Shown: piece by piece, positions 42,035-51,883 of the stretch
Position numbering within the stretch: position 1 is the stretch's first letter
Layout of the letters: every line of letters starts with the position of its first letter
Source: an uncultured delta proteobacterium
GTDB lineage: Bacteria; Myxococcota_A; Polyangia; Polyangiales; Polyangiaceae
Assembly (NCBI GenBank): GCA_963850305.1
Contig: CAWKKR010000008.1
Span: 1,856,001 to 1,920,000, forward strand
DNA: 64,000 nucleotides
Direction: 5' to 3'
Notes under the pieces: generated by a model
The model's input: only the letters and a program-made list of their open reading frames with translations
Databases searched by the model: none
Told to the model about the DNA's origin: nothing
Position numbers and translations under genes: made by a program

Positions 42035-42799
42035 TTGCGACTCTCTCTCGTTCTTCCCACCCTCGACGAGCGCGAGAGCATCGAACGCTTCGTCCCGTTG
42101 CTTCTCGCCGAGGTGCCGGAAATTGCCGAGATCATCGTCGTCGATGACGACTCTGCGGACGGCACCCCGGAAGCGGTGCTCGCGATACGAAACTCGGATC
42201 CGCGGGTGCGCTTGATTCGACGTCGCGGGCGCCCATGTCTCACGCTCGCGATCCAGGAGGGAATCGACGCGGCCAGGTCGGAGCTGATCGGCTGGATGGA
42301 CGCGGATCTGATCATGCAGCCGGTGGACCTTCGGCGTCTGATCGCGGCCGTGGCAGACGGTGCCGACGTCGCGATAGGATCGCGATTCGCCCCGGGTGGT
42401 CGCATCAAGGGACAGGAATCTGCCGGCCCGTTCGCGCGCCTGCGGGCGCTCGGGAACCTGAAGAACACCGAAGACCCGTGGTTGGGGGTCCTGCTCAGCT
42501 GGGCATTGAACGTCGTGGTGATCCCGCCGCTCGTCGGACTAGGGGTTCGCGACTACACGAGCGGCGTGATCGTCGCACGGAGCGATGCGATCCGCTCCCT
42601 GCGGCTCGAAGGCGATCACGGGGAGTACTTCATTCAGCTGACCTCGGACCTTGCGCGTTCGGGCGCGCGGGTCGTGGAGCTCGGCTACCGCATTCAGGCG
42701 CGAAAGTACGGCCGGTCGAAGACGGCGAACGATCTATCGGATTATGTCCGTCGGGGACGCGCGTACCTCGGCGCCGCGTGGCGCGCTCGCACGCCCTGA
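42035..42799 (+). CDS. Polyprenol-phosphate glycosyltransferase (DPM1/Ppm1-like GT2)
   Basis: PTLDE, VDDDS.DGT, MDADL, AIGSRF..GG, DYTSG, R.YGRSK. Confidence 0.85.
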   Translation: MRLSLVLPTLDERESIERFVPLLLAEVPEIAEIIVVDDDSADGTPEAVLAIRNSDPRVRLIRRRGRPCLTLAIQEGIDAARSELIGWMDADLIMQPVDLRRLIAAVADGADVAIGSRFAPGGRIKGQESAGPFARLRALGNLKNTEDPWLGVLLSWALNVVVIPPLVGLGVRDYTSGVIVARSDAIRSLRLEGDHGEYFIQLTSDLARSGARVVELGYRIQARKYGRSKTANDLSDYVRRGRAYLGAAWRARTP

Positions 42800-42801
42800 G
42801 C

Positions 42802-43791
42802 TCAACACCGTTCGAGTTCCGTGACGAGTATTTCCGCGGACGCCTCGGGGTCGCTGACCTCGAGGACGACGGACCGGGCGTGTGCGAGCACGGCGGTTGC
42901 CGCGCGGAGTCGCCCGAGAGCGGCGGGTAGCATCCGCGGCAGATCGACGGCCCCGCGCCGCGCAACGAGCTCGAGCACCTGCGGCAGCCCCAGACCCACG
43001 ACCAGGTCGCGAAACAGCACCTCGGCCGCGTTCCGCCGCGTCGCAGGCACGACGCGATCCGGCGGAACGCTCACTCGGCGATGCACTGCGAGCAGGCGAA
43101 CGGGGACGGGGTCGATGGCGAGCCGGTTTCGGAGGTCTGGAAGCTCGAGCAGCCACTTCGGCGGATGCTGCCGGCGAACGAACGGAGCGGCTCGCCCGAG
43201 ACCTAGAGCGGCGTCCGGTTGCGAGATCCCGATCGGGTGAGGAAACGGATATGCCGTGCCGTCACGGTCCAGCAGCACGACGTCGTCCCCCAGCAAGTAC
43301 GCATCCGTTCGACGCAGCACACCGAGAGCGAGCCGCGACTTGCCGCCCCCGGACGGCGTGAGAACGATCGCCGCGCGGCCGTTCTTGGAAACGCCGAGCG
43401 CATGGACGCGAAACAGCCCTCGCCGCTCCAGGAGGATGCCGAGGCGAGAGTGCGCCATCAAGTAGCCCAGCTCGACCAGATCCTCCGGAACCGGGGCGGT
43501 GACGCGCCCGCGCTCCCGAGAGAAATCGTACTCGCTGAGCGCCAGGCCGTGATGATCGACCCAGGTGAGCGGGCCACGGTTGTAGACGACTCCACGTTCG
43601 AGGATCTGATCGGCCTCGAGGCGCACGTGCGAAGGCAGTCCAGGAGTGCCTCGGACCAGCTCGATCCGTACGTCCGGCTCGGCCCGCGCCGTGGTGACGA
43701 AAGCATGGAAGTGAATTGCGAGCAGAGCCGTCGCGTCAGGATCGCCGCTCATCGCGATCCGCACGCCGTACACGTCGAGGTTCAGGTCCAC
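42802..43791 (-). CDS. HPr kinase-related P-loop kinase
   Basis: RVHALGV..NG.A......SGGGKS ... LLGDD, the HprK/PEPCK-like HA / Walker A / DD pattern. Confidence 0.7.
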   Translation of the reverse strand: MDLNLDVYGVRIAMSGDPDATALLAIHFHAFVTTARAEPDVRIELVRGTPGLPSHVRLEADQILERGVVYNRGPLTWVDHHGLALSEYDFSRERGRVTAPVPEDLVELGYLMAHSRLGILLERRGLFRVHALGVSKNGRAAIVLTPSGGGKSRLALGVLRRTDAYLLGDDVVLLDRDGTAYPFPHPIGISQPDAALGLGRAAPFVRRQHPPKWLLELPDLRNRLAIDPVPVRLLAVHRRVSVPPDRVVPATRRNAAEVLFRDLVVGLGLPQVLELVARRGAVDLPRMLPAALGRLRAATAVLAHARSVVLEVSDPEASAEILVTELERC

Positions 43792-43953
43792 CGCTTGCTC
43801 CAGTGGGGTCGCGTCAATCCGATCTCAGGGCGGCTCCGTCCCGGGAGCGTCGATCATTTCGGGGCCCGAGGGTAGCCATCGAGTCTGAGCTCTCATCCCG
43901 ACGCTCCGCTCGCCCGGTCTTCGCCGCCGGGCCTTGGTGTAGACTCCGCCTCC

Positions 43954-45453
43954 GTGCTCGAGTTCGCGCATCGAAGGCTTCTGCTCAGCGCTGCTCTCAT
44001 CGCGTTGACGGGCCTCCTGGCGTTCGGCTCGGCCCTGCGCTTCGATTTCGTTTACGACGATCGCTGGACGATCGTGGAAAACCAGTGGCTCGACGCGCCG
44101 CTCGGCAAGCTCATGGCGGAGACGGCCCGGGGTACGGCGCAGGCGGACGGCATGCCGGACGCTACGCGACCATCGATGATCGCCTCTCTGTGGCTCGATC
44201 GCCGCCTCTTTGGCGGAGCCCCCCGCGGATATCACATTCATTCACTGCTTCTTTACGCGCTTTCCGCGGGTGCAGCCACCTTCGCGGCATTCGCGATCGC
44301 TCGCGACGAACTCGTGGCTGTCCTTGCAGGTCTCGCTTTCGCGCTTTCGCCCGTGCACGCGGAAGCTGTCGCCGCCGTGAACTACCGCGAAGAGCTCATT
44401 GCCGGACTCGGGGTGCTCGTGCCGCTGGCTTGGTTGTTCTGGCCGGAGATCGAGCGCTCCACGGGCACCGTCCTCGCCGTCGCCGGGTGTCTGTCTTGGG
44501 GGCTACTCGGCAAGGAAAGCGGGCTTGCCATCGTGCCCGTGTTTCTCGCACTGGTCCTCGTCCTTCGCGTCGACAGAGACTTCTGGCGGTCGCGGGAGCT
44601 CCCATTGTTCGCCCTCGCGTCGGTGCTCATTCTCTGGCTGAACTGGCGGCTCGCGTTGACGATCTCCGGCGACGGAATTCCGCGGGCCCCGGGGGAGCCC
44701 GTGGCGACACGCATCTACGACTCCTGCCGGTTCACGGCGCGAGCGGTCTGGACCGCACTGCTTCCGTTCACGACCTCCCCGGAGTATCCGGCGTCTGCAC
44801 CCGCGTCTCCACTCTGGCTCATGGTTCCCGTCGCGCTCTTCGGGACCGTGCTACTCCTGGCGCGAAGGCCAGGGACGCGCACCGTGGCAGCCGGCCTTTC
44901 TATCGCGGCGCTGGCGCCAATCGTGGCCTCGCCGCTCTTCGGTCCGGTCAACCCCTGGGCGGATCGATACGTGTTCGTCGGGGTCCTCGGCGGCAGTCTC
45001 GTGTGGGCCGAAGCCGGATCGCGGCTCAGGCGCTGGCTCCCTCGTCCCGCCCGAGTCCCGCTGCTCGTGGTCGCCTGCGCTTCGGCCGGCATCGCGTGCT
45101 TCGGAGCCGCGAGGGCGTGGGCCACGGAGCGGTCGGTCTGGACGGCCGCACTCGACCACGCGCCCGATTCGCCGCGTGCGTGGGCCGCCATGTCGCGCGT
45201 CGAGCGGCTCGACGGTCATCTCGACGCCGCCAATCACGACGTGGCTCGCGCCCTCGCGCTCGATCCATTCTATGCGCCGGCGCGGGTGACACGCACTTAC
45301 AATCTTCTTGCACGCGGGAACCTCGTCGACGCCCGCAAGGAGATCGAACGGCTCGAACTCCTGGGCGGCGAGCATCCGGGGCTCGAGCGCGCGCGACAGT
45401 GCGCGGCGCGCGACGCCGCCGACGCGCGTCGCTGCATTCGAGGTAGACGATAG
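43954..45453 (+). CDS. TMTC-like GT-C glycosyltransferase with C-terminal TPR
   Basis: FVYDD...I..N, RP, GYH, P.HAEAV, KESG, ADRYVF, W......W...L...P.S.R then TPR helices. Confidence 0.8.
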   Translation: MLEFAHRRLLLSAALIALTGLLAFGSALRFDFVYDDRWTIVENQWLDAPLGKLMAETARGTAQADGMPDATRPSMIASLWLDRRLFGGAPRGYHIHSLLLYALSAGAATFAAFAIARDELVAVLAGLAFALSPVHAEAVAAVNYREELIAGLGVLVPLAWLFWPEIERSTGTVLAVAGCLSWGLLGKESGLAIVPVFLALVLVLRVDRDFWRSRELPLFALASVLILWLNWRLALTISGDGIPRAPGEPVATRIYDSCRFTARAVWTALLPFTTSPEYPASAPASPLWLMVPVALFGTVLLLARRPGTRTVAAGLSIAALAPIVASPLFGPVNPWADRYVFVGVLGGSLVWAEAGSRLRRWLPRPARVPLLVVACASAGIACFGAARAWATERSVWTAALDHAPDSPRAWAAMSRVERLDGHLDAANHDVARALALDPFYAPARVTRTYNLLARGNLVDARKEIERLELLGGEHPGLERARQCAARDAADARRCIRGRR

Positions 45454-45457
45454 TCGC

Positions 45458-46625
45458 ATGCGGTTCATTCCCGTGTACTCTCCGGCGCTCGCTCCCGCCG
45501 ATGCCCTCGCCGTCAAAACGACGGTCGAACACGGGTTTATCTCCTGGAACGCTCCGGTCGTTCGCGCGTTCGAGTCGAGCTGGTCCGGGCGTTGCGGCAT
45601 GGCCGGCGCCGTCGCAGTATCGAGCGGCACCGCTGCGCTCGAGCTCGCCGTGTCGGCGCTGGGGCTCGGGCCGGGTGACGAGGTGCTCTGTCCCGCGCTC
45701 ACCATCATCTCGTGTGCTCGCGCCATCGTCCTCGCGGGCGCTACACCCGTGCTTGTCGACGTGGAGCCTGGCACGTGGTGTCTCGACGTGGAGCATGCCG
45801 AGCGGCGCGTGACGCCCCGCACCCGAGCCCTCCTCGGGGTGCATCTCTTCGGGCACCCCTATCGTCACGATGCCGTTGCGTCCCTCGCCGCTCTTCGAGA
45901 CCTCGCCGTCATCGAGGACGCGGCGCAGGCGCACGGCGCGTCCGTTCACGTCGGCGGCACGCGCTTGCCGTGCGGCGGACTCGGCGACGTCGCGTGCCTG
46001 AGCTTCTACGCGAACAAGGCCGTCACCACGGGCGAAGGGGGCATGGTGCTTTGCCGCGACGCAGCTCTGGTCGAGCGGGTTCGCGATCTCTCGAATCTGT
46101 CCTTCGGCAAGGAAGCTCGGTTCCGGCACGACGAACTCGGTCACAACTATCGCATGTCGGCTCTCCAGGCAGCGCTCGGCCAGTCGCAGCTCGAGCGCCT
46201 CGACGAGACGGTTCGAACCAAGCGCCGGCTCGCGCAGATGTATGCGCACCGTCTCGAAGCGCTCGGTGATTGGACCCCGCAGGAGATCGCGAGCGGAGCC
46301 GAGCCGAGCCCATGGATGATTGCTGGGGTCCTCGGCGACGGAGTTCGGGCCAAGGCCGTGGATGTTGCCGCCGCGCTCGCGCGCCGCGGCGTCGAAACGC
46401 GACCCTTCTTCGTCGGCATGCACGAGCAGCCGGCATTTCTGGAGCAAGGCTACTTTCGCGGCGAACGTTATCCGGTGACGGAGCGCCTGTCGGAGCGCGG
46501 GCTTTACTTACCGTCGGGCCACGACCTCGACGAAGAAGCCGTGGACTACGTCGCGAATGCGCTCGCGGAGAGCATCGCGGAGGTCGGCCGAGCGAGCCGA
46601 TCCGCGCCAGGAGCGCATCCCGTGA
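45458..46625 (+). CDS. DegT/DnrJ/EryC1/StrS sugar aminotransferase (perosamine synthase-like); in the given sequence read through in-frame into a methyltransferase
   Basis: SSGTAALEL, VHLFG, IEDAAQAHG, SFYANKAVTTGEGGM, G.NYRMS.LQAALG, GLYLPS. Confidence 0.88.
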
Positions 46626-47392
46626 TCGAGCACGACGACGCCGAGCCGAAGCACCCGTTCGGCGCGCTCTATGCCGACGCCTACGACGGGCTCTACGCCG
46701 ACAAGGACTACGAGGGGGAAACCCGCACGCTCTCGATCTGCTTCGAGCGTTTCGCTCAGCATCCGGTCCGGCGCGTGCTCGATCTCGGCTGCGGTACCGG
46801 TCGACACGCCGAAACCCTCGTTCGTGCAGGGTATGCCGTCGTCGGAGTGGATCGCTCGGAGGCGATGCTCGAGATCGCGCGGAGCCGCGTGCCGGCCGCT
46901 CGTTTCGTCGCCGCGGATATCGGCCACGTCACGCTCGATGAAACGTTCGACGCAGTCGTCATGTTGTTCGGTGTTCTCAGCTATCAGACGACCGTCGACG
47001 ATCTAACCCGGACCCTGTCGAACGTCCGCCGCCACCTGGTCCCGGGCGGACTGTTCATCACCGACATCTGGTACGGCGTATCGACGGCATCCCCGCGACG
47101 GAGTCGGAGGACGGCCAGCGTTGGCGAGGTGGAATGGGTGCGCACCGGGTCCTTCTCGCGCGTCCCGGACGCGCAGCGCGTCGACGTGCGCTTCGAGCTC
47201 GAGCGCCGTGAAGGAGGACGAAGCCGGGTCGTCGAAGAGCTTCACCAGATGCATTACTTTCACCGCTTCGAGCTCGAGTTTGCCCTTCGCGCGGCGAACA
47301 TGGATCTGCTCCGCGTCGGCACGTATGCCGACGTCGAACGTTCGCCGGGGCGCGACCAATCGTCGGCTCTCGTAGTCGCTCGGGCCTCGTAA
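46622..47392 (+). CDS. Class I SAM-dependent methyltransferase (sugar N/O-methyltransferase-like)
   Basis: YD.LY..KDY..E, LDLGCGTG.H, GVD.S..ML, FD.V...F, L.PGG; own AGGAG + GTG at 46622. Confidence 0.85.
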   Translation: MIEHDDAEPKHPFGALYADAYDGLYADKDYEGETRTLSICFERFAQHPVRRVLDLGCGTGRHAETLVRAGYAVVGVDRSEAMLEIARSRVPAARFVAADIGHVTLDETFDAVVMLFGVLSYQTTVDDLTRTLSNVRRHLVPGGLFITDIWYGVSTASPRRSRRTASVGEVEWVRTGSFSRVPDAQRVDVRFELERREGGRSRVVEELHQMHYFHRFELEFALRAANMDLLRVGTYADVERSPGRDQSSALVVARAS

Positions 47393-50300
47393 ATGTCGGC
47401 GTCGGGTGACGGCTTCCATCGAGCGATCGCGGGGCGGCCGTGGCTCGTCAGGGGGTGGCCGTTCGTCGTCTTCGCTTTGAGTCCGTTCATCGTTTACCCC
47501 TGGGGGTTCATCCGAAACGGGTTGCTCGATGGCGGCGACGACGTGTTGTCGAACCTGCCGATGCTTCTGCACTCGGCGCGCGCGCTGCTCCGATTGGAGG
47601 TGTTCTGGACCCCGGCGCTATGGCTCGGTACTCCGCTGCTCGAAGAGCCCGAGTTCGGGACTTTCTATCTTCCGCACCTCGGCCTTCTGGTTCTGCCGCC
47701 CGTCACGGCGTTCGCGATCTACGTCCTCGTCCACTACGTGCTCGCACAGGTGTCGTTCTTCGCGTACGCACGCTCGCTCGATCTGTCGCGCGGCGCGGCG
47801 GTGTTCGGCGCATTCGCGTATGCGTTCTCGGGCTTCATGATGGGTCACCGCGGGCACACCATGTATCTGGTGGCCGGCGCCTGGGCACCCCTGTTTTTTG
47901 CCTTCTTGCGCCGTCTCGAACTCGGTCGGGGCCGTTTCGACGTGCTCGGCGCGACCTTGAGCTTCGCCGCGCTGCCCCTGTGTGGCGCAATGCAACTCAC
48001 CGCGTACCTCGTACTGGCCGCGGTCGTTCTTCAGGGGACCCGTGCTGCGCTGCTCCGGACCTGGCGCCCCCTCGGGCTGCTGGTTCTCGTCCTGGTCCCT
48101 GCCACTCTCGTGGGTGCCCTCCAGATCTTGCCGAGTCTCGGGTTGTCGGCACAAGTCGTGGACCTGCCCGGAGATCGTTACGCGTTTGCCACCTTGCTCT
48201 CCTATGATCCGAAGCAACTCCCTCTGCTGCTGGCGCCGCTCGACCCATCGTCGTGCACGGAGCTCTACAGCCATATTGGTGGCATAGCGCTGGCGTTCGT
48301 ATGCGTCGCCGTCGCATACCGACGGGATGACGTCGTTCTCGCGTGGTGCGTCGTCTCTGCGACGGCGCTCGTACTGATGCTGGGACGTCACGTGCCGGTG
48401 TTGCCCCACGTGCTCGAAAGCCTGCCTATCGTCGATGTTTTCCGGGGTCCCGTGCGCCACAACTTCGAACTGGGTCTGGCCGCCTCGGTCCTATCGGCGA
48501 TCGGATTCGACGCTGCATTCGCTGGCGAACGTGCGTCGCATCGCATATGGATCTGGCTCGCCGGAGCCCTTGTAGTCGCTGTCGTAGCGTGGGTGCTGGG
48601 CGTGGCCGCGACGCGGAGCTCGATGTCTCTGCAGGCCGCGAGTGCCCTGGCAAAAGCCGCAGAGCACGGCCCGGTGCGAGTCGGGGCCATCGCACTCGGA
48701 CTGGGCGTCGCCGCCGTGGGCTTTGCCGGAACGCGCGTGCGCCGCTCCGTGCTGGTCCTCGTCTCGTTCGCGCCGCTCTTCGATGCGCGGTACTCCGTGC
48801 GGACCTTCGACCGCGTCTGGCCAGACTTCGCCGAAGAGCTGTCGACGGCGGACGTCAGAAGCGGTGTCACGACGGACTTCGTCCGTGTTTTGCCGCCGCC
48901 GATGTCCCTGGCCGGCCCCGACGCGTTGGCGGCGAACACTGCGCTCGCGATCCCCGGGCTCGGGCACCTCCTCGGCTATGCCTCGCGCGTTCATCGCGAT
49001 GTCGCGGCGGTTTTCGATACCGACATGCACGGATTTCCGAGGGAGCCCGACGATCTCGCATGGTCTCGCTTGCCCGAGACGTTTGGCGCCTCGTACTTGA
49101 TCTTGCCGGAAGCCATCTGCGCACCGGTCGACTGCGGGGTTCGAAGCGTGGCGCCTGACGAAGCGTGCGGCGAAGGACACGCCGCGGTCGACTTGTCGCT
49201 TGGTGCCCGCGAGCTGCGATGTCACGAGCCTCTCACCGAAGGGCGCGCTCGGTTGCGCGTCGAGGCGCGCCGGCCGCGTGCCCCAGTCCCGACTGCGATG
49301 CGGGTAGATTTCGTGGGCCGAGGGCCGCGGGCGTTCGTCGACACGCTCGAGTTTCGTAAGCGCCAGTTCGGCCAATGGCTATCCGATCACGCGCCGCCAC
49401 CTCACGGTTGGATGACCGTTTCCGCACTCGAGCCCAGGCGGCTCGAGGTGGAGAACGTTCAGCTGATCGAAGAAGCGTTGCAGCCCATCGTCAATCTCGA
49501 TGCGCATGCTCGCCCCGAGCTCTTTGGTGCAACGGCGACGGAGGATTCGCTTCGACTCGCCCCCGACGGCCCCGTCGTACGCGCGGAGAAGGCGTTCGAC
49601 TGGCCCCCATGGCTCCGCTCGTCGACGAGACGTCGCTTCAAGCCGCTCATGGAGCTCGAAGTGGTGGCGCGAGCGGACACGCCTCCGTCGAACCCGCTCA
49701 TCGCGGATCTGTACGCGGGGCCCAAATTCGACCCCGTGAGCGCGCAGATGGCGGTCGATCCAAGAGCGCTCGGCCGATTCTTCGCGATTCACACTGCGCC
49801 CGCCGAGGCCGTGGACCCGCCTGCGAAGGCCGCGCTTCGCGTGTTGCTCGAAGGCCGCGGAGCGGTGGAAGTGGAACGCGCGCGGCTTCTGGCGGAGCAT
49901 CGTCGATCGCTCGTCGAGCTGGCAGGAAGGCGCGATGCAACGGGGACGGACTTCGGCATCGAGTCGAACGTCTCGGTCGGACCGAGAGGGGTCGCGAAGG
50001 TCGAATATCACTTGCCCATGCGACCCGTGCAGATCGAGCTCGTCGTTTATGCGGTCGGCGGGGGCGAAAGAACGCTTGCCTTCGGGATCAGGGCCGATCC
50101 CGGGACCTCGGCGAGGCTCGAGTGGCAGCATTCGGTGGTGGTCGACCCGGCGCGATCGAGACGATACACCCTGACCGCAGCGTTGCCGCCGACCGCCGGC
50201 GAGATCGAGCCCTTCGCGGCTGCCCTGAAAGGATCGCCCGTCCAGGTCCTAAGGCTGGCGCTCCACGACGCTTGTTCGTCGAAATTGCTCGTGCCGCTTC

Positions 50301-50794
50301 GCACGCTGGACAGCGGGTGGGTCGTGTATCGCGACGAGGGCGCCTTGCCGCGAGCGTTCACCGTCGGAGAGGCGCGCATCGTACAATCTCTCGAAGACGC
50401 CCGGCACGTGCTTCGCGACGACGTCGACTTCGACCCCAGGAAGACGGCTCTCTTGCTTCCGGACGCTCGAGTTCCGAAAAACCTGGTTTCGGGCATCGTC
50501 GAGCATCAGGAGTTCGGGGCGGAAACGGTCGAGGTCCGGGTGCGCGCGGTCGGCGGGCCCACGCTGCTCGTGATCAACGATCGGTATCACGACCGCTGGC
50601 GCGCCACGGTGGACGGCGTGGCGACGTCGATCGACCGCGCGAATGGGCTCGTTCGTGCCGTGGTGGTGCCGGAGGGAACACACGTGGTTCGTATGCGCTA
50701 CGTTCCGCCGTGGACGATCCCTGCCGGCGCAGCCTCGGCCGTTCTGGGACTCGTTCTCGGGTTCTCCGTCCGGCGGCGGTCGCCCCGGAAGTGA
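47393..50794 (+). CDS. YfhO-family GT-C membrane protein with large periplasmic region
   Basis: GDD, W.P....G.PL....E.GTFY, A.AFSGF, C-term ALPRAF...ND.Y...W.A.VDG....I.RANGL.RAV.VP.G.H.V...Y.P. Confidence 0.82.
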   Translation: MSASGDGFHRAIAGRPWLVRGWPFVVFALSPFIVYPWGFIRNGLLDGGDDVLSNLPMLLHSARALLRLEVFWTPALWLGTPLLEEPEFGTFYLPHLGLLVLPPVTAFAIYVLVHYVLAQVSFFAYARSLDLSRGAAVFGAFAYAFSGFMMGHRGHTMYLVAGAWAPLFFAFLRRLELGRGRFDVLGATLSFAALPLCGAMQLTAYLVLAAVVLQGTRAALLRTWRPLGLLVLVLVPATLVGALQILPSLGLSAQVVDLPGDRYAFATLLSYDPKQLPLLLAPLDPSSCTELYSHIGGIALAFVCVAVAYRRDDVVLAWCVVSATALVLMLGRHVPVLPHVLESLPIVDVFRGPVRHNFELGLAASVLSAIGFDAAFAGERASHRIWIWLAGALVVAVVAWVLGVAATRSSMSLQAASALAKAAEHGPVRVGAIALGLGVAAVGFAGTRVRRSVLVLVSFAPLFDARYSVRTFDRVWPDFAEELSTADVRSGVTTDFVRVLPPPMSLAGPDALAANTALAIPGLGHLLGYASRVHRDVAAVFDTDMHGFPREPDDLAWSRLPETFGASYLILPEAICAPVDCGVRSVAPDEACGEGHAAVDLSLGARELRCHEPLTEGRARLRVEARRPRAPVPTAMRVDFVGRGPRAFVDTLEFRKRQFGQWLSDHAPPPHGWMTVSALEPRRLEVENVQLIEEALQPIVNLDAHARPELFGATATEDSLRLAPDGPVVRAEKAFDWPPWLRSSTRRRFKPLMELEVVARADTPPSNPLIADLYAGPKFDPVSAQMAVDPRALGRFFAIHTAPAEAVDPPAKAALRVLLEGRGAVEVERARLLAEHRRSLVELAGRRDATGTDFGIESNVSVGPRGVAKVEYHLPMRPVQIELVVYAVGGGERTLAFGIRADPGTSARLEWQHSVVVDPARSRRYTLTAALPPTAGEIEPFAAALKGSPVQVLRLALHDACSSKLLVPLRTLDSGWVVYRDEGALPRAFTVGEARIVQSLEDARHVLRDDVDFDPRKTALLLPDARVPKNLVSGIVEHQEFGAETVEVRVRAVGGPTLLVINDRYHDRWRATVDGVATSIDRANGLVRAVVVPEGTHVVRMRYVPPWTIPAGAASAVLGLVLGFSVRRRSPRK

Positions 50795-50848
50795 GCGCGC
50801 ACCGCCATCGCGTTCTGATAGGCTTCACGACATCTCTCCGGTCGCCGC

Positions 50849-51856
50849 ATGATCAATCTCTCCGGTCAAAAGGTCATGGTCGCGGGCGGGGCAGGGTTCG
50901 TCGGTAGCCACGTCGTGCACGAGCTCCTCGCCCTCGGTGCGCAGGTCATCGTCTACGACAATTTTCTTCACGGGGTGCGCGGACACATCGAGGACCTTCC
51001 CGGCTCGGTCGAGGTCGTCATCGGCGACGTGCTGGACGAATACAAGCTCTACAACGCGTTCATGCACCACCGTCCGCGATACGCAATGAGCCTCGTCGGG
51101 GACACGTACGTGCCGACTGCTTACGATATTCCAAAGCGGTTTCTGCGGGTGAATGTCGAGGGGACGATGAACCTCCTCCTCGCGGCGAAGATGGCCGAAG
51201 TCGAGCGCGTCCTGTACGTGTCATCGACCGAGGTTTACGGCGAGGCGACCCAGGTGCCGATGACGGAACAGCACCCGCTCTTGCCGCTCAACACGTATGC
51301 AGTGAGCAAGCTCGCCGCGGATCGACTCTGTTACACGTTCCACCTCGAGCACGGGGTGCCCGTCGTCATTGCGCGAATCTATAACTGCTATGGACCCCGC
51401 GAGACGCAGCCCTACGTCATCCCCGAGATCATCACACAGCTCGACAAAGGGCCCGTCGTGGAGCTCGGCAACGCGAACGCGCGGCGTGACTTCACGTACG
51501 TCGCGGACACCGCATGTGGACTGATTGCCGCGCTTTCTTCCTCGCTTCAGAGTGGGGATGTCGTCAACGTCGGTTCCGGCGTGACGTTCAGCGTGCGGGA
51601 GCTTGTCGACAAGATTGCCCCGATGATGGGCCACCGGGAGTGGGAGATCCGCACGAATGCGCGGAGGCTGCGCCGCTTCGATATCCAACACTTCGAGTGC
51701 GATGCGACGAAGCTACGGAAGCTCACGGGGTGGAGACCACGCGTGGCCATCGACGAAGGACTCGGGCGCACGATCGAATGGTTCAGGACCCACGGCCACG
51801 CCTGGTCGTGGGAACGGTGGGTCGACGGCACGATCGTCTACGACGCCGCGCTCTGA
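50849..51856 (+). CDS. NAD-dependent nucleotide-sugar epimerase/4,6-dehydratase
   Basis: GGAGFVGS, SSTEVYG, YAVSK, N.YGPR, RDFTYV.D. Confidence 0.92.
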   Translation: MINLSGQKVMVAGGAGFVGSHVVHELLALGAQVIVYDNFLHGVRGHIEDLPGSVEVVIGDVLDEYKLYNAFMHHRPRYAMSLVGDTYVPTAYDIPKRFLRVNVEGTMNLLLAAKMAEVERVLYVSSTEVYGEATQVPMTEQHPLLPLNTYAVSKLAADRLCYTFHLEHGVPVVIARIYNCYGPRETQPYVIPEIITQLDKGPVVELGNANARRDFTYVADTACGLIAALSSSLQSGDVVNVGSGVTFSVRELVDKIAPMMGHREWEIRTNARRLRRFDIQHFECDATKLRKLTGWRPRVAIDEGLGRTIEWFRTHGHAWSWERWVDGTIVYDAAL

Positions 51857-51883
51857 CCACGCTGCGCGTCTTTCAGCGACCTG

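Noticed and set aside
24684..43791. Lasso peptide/RiPP cluster
   Set aside because: Kinase, NTases, sulfotransferases and ABC are present, but no lasso cyclase, transglutaminase-like peptidase, PqqD/RRE or convincing precursor
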